The notes under the pieces were generated by a model. The model saw only the letters and a program-made list of their open reading frames with translations, made no database searches and was not told where the DNA came from. From Camelus ferus (Eukaryota): a stretch of 64,000 nucleotides of DNA. Below, in pieces: positions 12,601 through 22,061 of this stretch. The position numbers were made by a program, and so were the translations under genes. The stretch is from the NCBI RefSeq assembly GCF_009834535.1, contig NC_045698.1, forward strand, positions 10,418,001-10,482,000, in the 5' to 3' direction. The stretch's first letter is position 1; each line of letters starts with the position of its first letter.

Positions 12601-13564
12601 GTAATGCGGCTGTTCTTCTTTAAACTCGCTCCTCTGGCTGCCATCCCTTTCTTTTGTCTCGGATTCTTTATCTCCACCTGTAGAAAGCTGATCCTTTTTG
12701 CTTGGTTTTCTGTCTTCTCTCGCTGTCCTTCAACCTGATTGATGTTTTCTTTCAACTTCTTTCGGTATATTTGATTTGCTCCTTGGGGACCTTCCTCTGC
12801 TCCAAGCCCAGCGCCTCATGGCGGAAACCAGCAGGGCTCTGCTTAGTCTCTTGGGCCCTCTGCTCCTGCAAGAGCGGTGTTTCCTTTCCCGGCACGGAGT
12901 GGGAAGCAGGTGGCCGGTCCATCTGTCATCCCTGGAAGCGTGACTTCGGGGTCACTGTGCTCATCATTAGTCTGCAGACTTTCCTATGAGTTGCCAGACT
13001 ACTCAGATTACACATTACCTATGAGTATCCTAAGGATATTCAGAACCAGAATCCTTCCCCCCAACCCCCAATTTGATTATTGAGTGAAGAGACAGGAGTT
13101 TTTCCTTTTCTTGCCTACTGTTCTGCTAGAGGATTGGGTTTAACCTGCTGGTGCTATGGTTCTCAGAGAAGTAAACCCAGACTCTCCTGGAGAGCTCTGA
13201 AAACCCAGGTTCCCAAGCAATGTGACCAGGTCCCTCTGGGGGTGCTGGTGTTGCTGGGCGGGGGACCACTTGAGAAGCGTTCTTCCACTGCAAACGAGAT
13301 CCTGAGACCCACTGTCAGGCTTTGATTGTAACTCATGCCAGTGAAGTACACGAAGGTCGGCAAGAATTTGACATGGGTGATTTTTCTTTTGGGGGCTCAG
13401 AACTCATTAGAATAAAAGACATTTTTAGACTCTATAAACGAATACATGAAAGATACTTTATTATTCTGTGGGAGGAAAGCTAAAGAAAACAGAACTTCAT
13501 CTGTCTTAACTTAGAATGCAATGTTTTCTTCTCCTATTCCTTTGCCCCCTTTTCCTTGTTCTAG

Positions 13565-13756
13565 GGTAAAATTGTTGCCCAGGGCAAGCTGCTCTTACAG
13601 GACACATTCTTGGTCACAGACCAAGACACGGGACTTCTGCCTCGCTGCAGAGAGAGGCGGGTGTTCCTCTTCGAGCAGATCGTCATTTTCAGCGAGCCGC
13701 TTGATAAAAAAAAGGGCTTCTCCATGCCAGGATTCCTATTTAAGAACAGCGTCAAG
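13565..13756 (+). CDS. TRIO: TRIO exon ~46, PH2
   Basis: ttctag|GGT...GTCAAG|gtaacc; 192 nt; GKIVAQGKLLLQDTFLVTDQDTGLLPRCRERRVFLFEQIVIFSEPLDKKKGFSMPGFLFKNSVK. Confidence 0.97.
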
Positions 13757-14494
13757 GTAACCTGTAGGCATGTGTTTTCTCATGTGCTAACGCATACACC
13801 CGTCATGCTGATAAACTGTTTCCTTTTTAATGGTGGCATGTCCTGCTGTCTTGTTTATTAAATATTTAGAAAATTTTCTAATACATTTCAGAACCTTTAA
13901 ATTCACTCCATCCATCCGCCATCTGTGTCCTCAGTGGCCAATGTCTTCCACATGCTGCAGCCACTCATTTGTACCACGAGAGGCCCTCACCGTGGTTAGT
14001 TTTTGTGCTCCACCTTCTCTAGGACCAAGTGAAATTTGTTTAAGTTCAGGGGCCTGGATTGGGAGAGGAGAGCTTAGCCAGGGTCGTCTTCCCCACTTAA
14101 CAAAGAGCTATTCTGCACTCAGCTCGGCCTGGGGCTCGAGGGATGGATGAGGCAGGCGGTCCGTGTCCTGGGGTAGCTTGCTTTCTGATAGAAAAAAATT
14201 TATTGTCTGATAAACAATAAAATTATCGCAAATGACCCTGAGTCCTAGAAAAGGGACAAACCAAGGGTGAGAGAGAGGAGGCCTGAGGTCCCAGCAGATT
14301 ACCATTTCTAGTTAATTGTTTAAGCTACTGGTTGAACTCCTGGTAATCCCCATGTACCTGAGTGAGAAGAGTCATTAAAAAGCTTTAAGGTAATGATTCC
14401 TGAGGCAATAAAAATGGCAGCTCAGCCAAAAAGTGGTTGTTTCAGTTTTGACCTAGGATGAACTGTGCCCTCGACCAGTGGGAATAAATGGGCT

Positions 14495-14969
14495 TTCGTT
14501 TTTTTATCGTGGTAAAATACACATAACATAAAAATTAGCAACTTAACCATTGTTCAGTGTACAGCCCAATGGCATTAAGGACATTCACATTGTTGTGCAG
14601 CTGTCACCACCGTCCACCTCCAGAACTCTTCATCTTCTAAAACTAAAACTCCATACTCATTAAACACTAACTCCCCATTCCACCTCCCCTGGCCCTGCAA
14701 CCAGCCTTCCATGTACTGTCTCTGGGAGTCTGATGACTCTAGGTACCTCAGCTAAGTGGAATCATAACAGTGTTCATCTTTTGATGACTGGCTCATTTCA
14801 CGTAGCATAATGTCCTCCAGGTTCAGCTGTGTTGTACCTTATGACAGACTGTCCTTCCTTTTTAAGGCTGAAAAATAGTCTATGGTATATATAGACCAGA
14901 CTTTGATTATCCATTCATCTGTTGATGGACACATGGGTTGCTTCTGCCTTTCAGCCGTTGTGAGTAACA
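14495..14969 (-). mobile_element. old L1 3'-end fragment (L1MB-like), antisense, abutting the exon 47 acceptor
   Basis: ggtaaaatacacataacataaaa...ccattcatctgttgatggacac; minus ORF contains QPMCPSTDEWIIKVWSIYT. Confidence 0.85.
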
Positions 14970-14981
14970 CTTTTTTTTCAG

Positions 14982-15159
14982 GTGAGTTGCCTTTGCCTGG
15001 AGGAAAATGTGGAAAACGATCCCTGTAAATTTGCTCTGACATCGAGGGCAGGTGATGTGGTGGAGACCTTCATCTTGCATTCATCCAGCCCAAGTGTTCG
15101 GCAAACGTGGATCCATGAAATCAACCAAATTTTAGAAAACCAGCGCAATTTTTTAAACG
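14982..15159 (+). CDS. TRIO: TRIO exon ~47, PH2
   Basis: ttttcag|GTG...AACG|gtaatg; 178 nt; VSCLCLEENVENDPCKFALTSRAGDVVETFILHSSSPSVRQTWIHEINQILENQRNFLN. Confidence 0.96.
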
Positions 15160-15234
15160 GTAATGTGTGTTCTGTTCCTGGGTAGGGGTTTTCTTTCCCT
15201 AATGTACAGATTTCTGTTTCTCGTCTCCTATTAC

Positions 15235-15480
15235 ATACAAATAATAGGAGACGCAACTTAGTGGACTGGGCACCGTTCTAAGCACGGTCTGTATGTTGCT
15301 TCATTTCATCTTCACAATGACCCTGTGTGGCAGGTACTCCTATTGTTCCCATTTTACAGATGAGGAAGCTGAGGCACAAAATGGATTCGTAATTTGCTCC
15401 AAGTCCCACAGATTGTTCACAGCAGAGTCAGGATACAGAGCAGGCCATCTGGCTCTTGGCCGTGTGCCCCACACACTACG
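15235..15480 (-). mobile_element. MIR SINE
   Basis: core cccattttacagatgaggaagctgaggcac. Confidence 0.85.
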
Positions 15481-16035
15481 CTGTTCATTCCGTCCCCCTG
15501 GCTCTCGTACCATATGTGCACCAGAGCCCTGTCCTGGGAAAGGAATGCATGAGAAAAAACTTAAGGCAGCGGATGGAATCGGCCAAAGATACTGGAGGCA
15601 TTCTTGAGGGCAACTTTAAAATTTGTGTTCAATAGCATTGTACATCACGCCTCCCTCCTCATTAGGACAAGACATGTTTTTTCCTTCCCACTTCCATGGC
15701 ATGAGTGATTCTAGAAGAGCAATACAATAATGATACAGCACAACACCGTGCAGCAGTAAGGGGCCAGACCTCAGGGGAAAGGTCTTCTCCACGTGGAGAG
15801 GGAGACCACACTGACCTTATGTCACAGTTATTTTGACTCCTTATAGCCCTGACCTGAAACTGCTTGCTCCTCTTCGTGACAACTGACTTTGACTCTGGTT
15901 TTAATTTAACGATCTCAGAAGAGCTTCAAGAATTCAGTGAGAAGCTAAATACTCATTCAATGTGTTTTCTTTCTCCTTTTCTCATGTTCACATTCCATGT
16001 CTATGCCCCGGTCCAACAGGACATTATAATTTCTT

Positions 16036-18059
16036 TTCTTTTTTTCTTTTTTTTTTTTTTAACATTTTTTATTGAGTTACAGTCATTTTACAATGTTGTG
16101 TCAAATTCCAGTGTAGAGCACAATTTTTCAGTTATACATGAACATATATATATATATTCATTGTCACATTTTTTTTTCACTGTGAGCTACCACAAGATCT
16201 TGTATATATTTTCCTGTACTATACAGTATAATCTTGTTTATCTATTCTACATATGCCTGTCAGTATCTACAAATTTTGAACTCCCAGTCTGTCCCTTCCC
16301 ACCCTCCACCCCCTTGGGAACCACAAGTTTGTATTCTATGTCTGTGAGTCTGTTTCTCTGTTTCTGTTTGGTATTATGTTCTTTAATTTTTTTTTAAATT
16401 CCACATATGAGCAATCTCATATGGTATTTTTCTTTCTCTTTCTGGCTTACTTCACTTGGAATGACATTGTTCAGGAACATCCATGTTGCTGCAAATGGCA
16501 TTATGTTGTCGGTTTTTATGGCTGAGTAGTATTCCATTGTATAAATATACCACATCTTTATCCAGTCATCTGTTGATGGACATTTAGGCTGTTTCCATGT
16601 TTTGGCTATTGTAAATAGTGCTGCTATGAACATTGGGGTGCAGGTGTCATTCTGAAGTAGGGTTCCTTCTGGATATATGCCCAGGAGTGGGATTCCTGGG
16701 TCATATGGTAAGTCTATTCCTAGACTTTTGAGGAATCTCCATACTGTTTTCCACAGTGGCTGCACCAAACTGCATTCCCACCAGCAGTGTAGGAAAGTTC
16801 CCTTTGTCTCCACAGCCTCTCCAGCATTTGTCATTTGTGGACTTTTGAATGATAGCCATTCTGGCTGGTGTGAGGTGTTACCTCATCGTAGTTTTGATTT
16901 GCATTTCTCTGATAATTAGTGATATTGAGCATGTTTTCATGTGCCTATTGATCATTTGTATTTCTTGGAGAATTGCTTGTTTAGGTCTTCTGCCCATTTT
17001 TGGATTGGTTTTTTTTTTTTTTTAAGTCATATGAGCTGCTTATATATTCTGGAGATCAAGCCTTTGTCGGTTTCATCGTTTGCAAAAATTTTCTCCCAAT
17101 CCATAGGTTGTTGTTTTGTTTTACTTATGGTTTCCTTTGCTGTGCAGAAGCTTGTAAGTTTCATTAGGTCCCATTTGTTTATTCTTGCTTTTATTTCTAT
17201 TGCTTGGGTAGACCGCCCTAGGAGAACATTTTTAAGATGTATGTGAGATAATGTTTTGCCTGTATTTTCTTCTAGGAGGTTTATTGTATCTTGTCTTATG
17301 TTTAAGTCTTTGATCCATTTTGAGTTTATGTTTGTGTATGGTGTAAGGGAGTGTTCATTGATTTACATGCTGCTGTCCAGTTTTCCTAACACCATTTGCT
17401 GAAGAGACTGTCTTTATTCCATTGTATCTTCTTGCCTCCTTTGTCAAAGATTAGTTGACTGAAAGTTTGTGAGTTCATTTCTGGGCTCTCTGTTCTGTTC
17501 CATTGGTCCATATGTCTGTTTTTGTAGCAATACCATGCTGTCTTGATGACTGTAGCTCTATAGTATTGTCTGAAGTCTGGGAGAGTTATTCCTCCAGCCT
17601 CTTTCTTTTTCTTCAGTAATGCTTTGGCAATTCTAGGTCTTTTGTGCTTTCATATAAATTTTATTATGAGTTGTTCTAGTTCTGTGAAATATGTCCTGGT
17701 TAATTTGATAGGGATTGCATTAAATCTGTAGATTGCCTTGGGCAGTTTGACCATTTTAACAATATTGATTCTTCCAATCCAGGAACATGGGATATCTTTC
17801 CGTTTTTTTAAGTCTACTTTAATTTCCTTAATCAGTGTTTTATAGTTCTCTGTGTATAAGTCTTTCACCTCCTTGGTTAGATTTATCCCTAGATATGTTA
17901 TTACTTTGGGTGCTATTTTAAAGGGGATTGTTTCTTGACTTTCTTTTTCTGTTGATTCATTATTAGTGTAAAGAAATGCAACTGATTTTTGAACGTTAAT
18001 CTTGTAACCTGCTGCCTTGCTGGATTCTTTGATTAGTTCTAGTAGTTTTTGTGTGGACC
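16036..18059 (-). mobile_element. young 5'-truncated L1 (~2.0 kb), antisense in intron 47
   Basis: poly(T) tail at left; ORF2 C-terminal peptides on the minus strand ([35 protein letters not shown]); perfect 12-bp TSD TTATAATTTCTT at 16024-16035 and 18060-18071. Confidence 0.95.
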
Positions 18060-18152
18060 TTATAATTTCTTCGTCACATAAAATCACCTCCACACCTTGA
18101 ATGACACTTAAGAACCAGGAACACAGGCACTAAAATCAGTGTGGAAAATCAA

Positions 18153-18281
18153 TGGGGGAGACTGATGGAACACGTGCTTAGCATGCACAAGGTCCCAGGT
18201 TCAATCCCCAGTACCTCCACTAAAAAAAATAAATAAATAAAAAAGAAACTTAAGAAAATAAATAAATAAAAGAATTTTTTT
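18153..18281 (+). mobile_element. tRNA-Ala-derived SINE (camelid type), A box damaged
   Basis: gtgcttagcatgcacaaggtcccaggttcaatccccagtacctcca plus A-rich tail; flanking AAAATCAA at 18145-18152 and 18282-18289. Confidence 0.85.
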
Positions 18282-19566
18282 AAAATCAAGGTTACATGGC
18301 ATTTTTGGCCAAGTGGTAATCAGTTTCTTGGGTGTTAACTCCAGGCTCCTGTCTAGACTGTAGATTGGTCATTGCTTACATGTCCAGTTAGAATTGGATA
18401 TCTGGGGCTGGTGGGTTGGGGGGATGTTCCCGTTTATGTAGAAAAAAGTTCTGCGCCCATGACTGAGTGAATGCAGGTCTCTTTAAATACGTTGTTCTGA
18501 AGTGCTGCATTGAATGCCGGGCCCCAGCATGTAACTACTGGGACGTCTCTGAACCTCTGCTGTCTTCTTCAAAGTAAAGTGAGCTGCCTCCCGAGTTGCA
18601 GGCATGACCGAGCCATGCTCTTCAGGTTTCCCAGGTACTTGTTCAGTCTAGAGGACGGTAGTAATTCCTGCTCCCGAGGGTGAAGGAGACCAGGAACATG
18701 CTCTCGCCTTAGTCTGTCCGGTGTCATTGGCTCCAGAGTGCACTTCCACACGTGCCTGATGCCTCTGGATTATTGTACATCTCAAAGATTTTCGGTCTTT
18801 CAGAATTTGTGTTGGTGTTTCCCCAGATCTTACTTTGCATTTTCCCCGCAGATGATTATGTAACTGAATCACTAAAGCCCAGAGGTGGGACAGCCTCACA
18901 ACCCACAGTGGTCTGTGCTCTCCTTCCCTTCCATGTCTCTCCTGCCCAGTCTGCAAAGCCGAGGTGGTCTCTGCCTCCCTGTTTGGTAACCACAGGATTG
19001 CTTAACTGCTCTCTGGTTTAAGAAGACCATTGCAGCAGCTGGACTAAACTTTTTCACTCAAGGAGCCAGCTGGTACCCGGGGAGGCCCAGCTGACTCCCC
19101 TAGCAGCTTGGGACCCCGCTGACACTGGCGATTTGCATGGGACGCTCCCGGCTGATTCAGTTCCTTTTCACTTGGCAGTGGTGCTAGGGCTGTGCTTGCT
19201 TCTCCTCCAACCTCTCCTTGACCTTGTACTTCTGCTCCCTTGGCCCCCTGGCCACCCCTCACAGGGCAGGCAGACTGCCCTTGATGGAGCCAATTTAAAC
19301 TCCTTCATGAACAGGAGGGTAGAATATAAGACCATTTCTTTTTCAGCCCCTGATGTTTGGATGGTGTCAGCCTGCCGCCTGGAGAATGGCTGGGTGTGTC
19401 TAGAGCATAGTGATTGGAAGTTAGGTGGATACCCTGTGACTTGACTGTGGGGCACGAAGACCAGCACTCCCTTTCAATTAATCGTGCCTCTTTTCCTTTG
19501 GCCCCTGTGGCGGTCCTTTTCTGGGACCCCTGACTGACTCTCTTCTGTATCTCACGTGTCTTCCAG

Positions 19567-20390
19567 CCTTGACATCACCAATCGAGTATCAGAGGAACCA
19601 CAGCGGGGGCGGCGGCAGCGGGGGCAGCGGCGGGGGTGGGGGCGGCGGCGGGGCCCCCAGCGGCAGCGGCGGCAGCAACCACGGCGGCGGCCCCGGCAGC
19701 GGCGGCGGCCCCCCCAGCTCCAGCCGAAGCAGACCCTCCCGGATCCCCCAGCCTGTCAGACACCACTCCCCCGTGCTGGTCTCCTCTGCAGCCTCCAGCC
19801 AAGCAGAGGCAGACAAGATGTCAGGTATGTCCGCTCCCGGCCTGTCACTGCCTCCTCCCAGCAGCAGCCTCGCCCTGGAGCCTGGCCCCAGCCAGCCCAC
19901 CAGGCGCCCCCCCAGCAGCGAGCCCGAAGGTCCCGAGCGAGAAGCGGAGCCGATCCCCAAGATGAAGGTGATGGACAGCCCCAGGAAGGCCACCGGGATT
20001 GCCACGGGTGCCCATCAGGACGGAGCCGCTAAGGAGGCGCGGGCGCCCCCGGAGGACGGCCGCGCGCGGAGCGGCCTGGGCCCCCTGCCCTTGGGCAAGC
20101 CCCGGCCCGGGGCCATCTCGCCTCTGAACTCTCCTCTGTCTGCCGCCTTCCCCTCTCCGATCGGCAAGGAGCCCTTGCCCCCTAGCAGCCCCCTGCAGAA
20201 GGGGGGCTCCTTCTGGAGCTCCATCCCCGCCTCCCCCTCCAGCCGGCCCGGCTCCTTCACCTTCCCGGGGGACAGTGACTCCCTCCAGCGGCAGGCGCAC
20301 CGCCACGCGGCCCCCAGCAAGGACACGGACCGCATGAGCACGTGCTCCTCGGCCAGCGAGCAGTCCGTGCAGTCCACCCAGAGCAATGGG
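19567..20390 (+). CDS. TRIO: TRIO exon ~48, Gly/Pro/Ser-rich linker
   Basis: ttccag|CCTTG...AATGGG|gtaaga; 824 nt, phase 1 to 0; (A)LTSPIEYQRNHSGGGG...SEQSVQSTQSNG. Confidence 0.95.
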
Positions 20391-21180
20391 GTAAGAGCGC
20401 CCGGCCGCCTCCGCCCGCCCGCCCCGCTGCCTCTGTCCCGCGGCTCCTCTTCTAAACCTCCCGCGTCACCGCCGCTGTCCTCGTACTAACTGCGGGCTCT
20501 CCGCTGCTGCGCTGCGGTAATCAGCTGCTCCGGGCCTCCCTGCGCACTGACCACGCAGACCCGCGGGACGCCTTCTAACCCCTCCTGCTCCCGGCGGACG
20601 GCGCGCTCTCGTCTCTACTAACTCGCTGCTTGCTTGGTTTGTGTCTCCTTAATACGGGAACGCAGATCATTAACCTTCTGAATGCGGCATCTTTAAACCT
20701 TTCACGTTTTCCGACCAACCGAGTATCTTGGAACTTCCTCTCTAGCTCCTGCCTTCCTCACACACTTTTTTAGAGGGGTCAGTGTCCCCTCTGTCTACCT
20801 CCTACGTCAACTGAAAGCTGTACATTCTAAGCTTTTTGCTCATCGCTTGGTTGTGCTCTTTTACGCCTTAAATTACCTTTGCAGCGTTTTTGACTCATCT
20901 GCTGAAAAAAAAAACCTCAAGAAAACTTCCAACAGCAATTCAAAGCAAACTTAAACTGACAAAATGGGTGGAAGGAATCTCTCCAGTGGAAATATTTGTC
21001 CGTCCCCCCCCCCCCCCCCAAGTTTCACTGTGGAAGAGAGTCTGCTCTGGGGCCTCTGGATGGTGGGCTCCACCGGCGGCTGGGAGCGGAGGCGCAGGCA
21101 GGCTGGATTCGGAGCGTCCACGTTCTGTCCAGCAGGGGGCGCAGTGCGGGCGCCGGTCGCTGCAGGGCATCGCCTATCAC
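19580..21180. promoter_or_regulatory. intragenic CpG island over exon 48 and 5' intron 48
   Basis: visibly very high GC and CpG density relative to flanks (ratios not computed). Confidence 0.75.
21129..21142 (+). promoter_or_regulatory. CTCF core motif
   Basis: CCAGCAGGGGGCGC, matching the canonical CTCF core. Confidence 0.7.
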
Positions 21181-22021
21181 TATACGTGTTCTCAGCAGAA
21201 GGGTTGCTGTGGTGGGGTTTCCCCCCCATCCTGTGGCTTCCTCACTATCCTACCCGACTGTTTCGTACACGGCAGATGATCTGACCCATAACACCTTCCC
21301 AGAGGCATGCATGAGGAATTAGAGCTGTTCTAATGAGTGTATATTTGATCACCTTATAAATTTTTAAATTCATTTCCCTGAAAGGGTCTGTGTTTCTCTT
21401 TATACAAAAGAAAAAAGAAAGAAAGAAAGATGGCTTGTGCATGTCTCTCTCTCTTTCCTCTGGACTTCCATTAATGCTTTGTTGGGGTTGACTTGGCCTT
21501 ATTCTCTCCTTCTATGTTTTGTTATGTATTTTGTTAACCTCAATCTTTGTATTTAACTGAGGGAGAAATTAAGAAACGGGTCTTGGTACATTTATTTGCC
21601 CTTCAATTTTCTGCTCAAAAGTAAGTGGTAGGGGCAGGCATCCTCTGCAGTGGCCGTCCCCAGTGTCCTCGGGTCCTGCAGAGAGCCTGGGCCCCCACCT
21701 CCTGTTTCAAAATGCTGGGTATGCAGGTGAGCATCAGAAGAGTTTCAGCCAGGAGAAAGATGCAGAGGCTGGGTGATGCTCGCACCTGCTAGTGCCTAGT
21801 TGAACTCTCAGGATGCAGGCGTGGCCTCACAGCTGAGACCAGTCTGAAATCAGCCAGGCAACAGCCCTTGAGCCCATCCTAACCTGGACGCTTCCCCTTT
21901 GAGCACAGGAGGGGTTCTCAGAGCCTGTGTTTCAGAAGGAACACCTCACACGCCCTGGTGCGGGAGCCCATGCTGGCCCTTGCGTGTCCCTGAGTGTGCA
22001 CCAGCCCCCACCCGGCCCCCC

Positions 22022-22061
22022 CAGGATGCTCACTCTGAGATCAGGATGCTCACTCTGAGAT
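22022..22061. repeat. perfect 20-bp tandem duplication
   Basis: CAGGATGCTCACTCTGAGAT x2. Confidence 0.95.

Noticed and set aside
16394..18093. Reverse-transcriptase-related ORFs
   Set aside because: Fragments of a 5'-truncated, frameshifted L1; not an intact gene.
19556..20386. Several overlapping and antisense ORFs over exon 48
   Set aside because: Expected from stop-codon scarcity in very GC-rich DNA.
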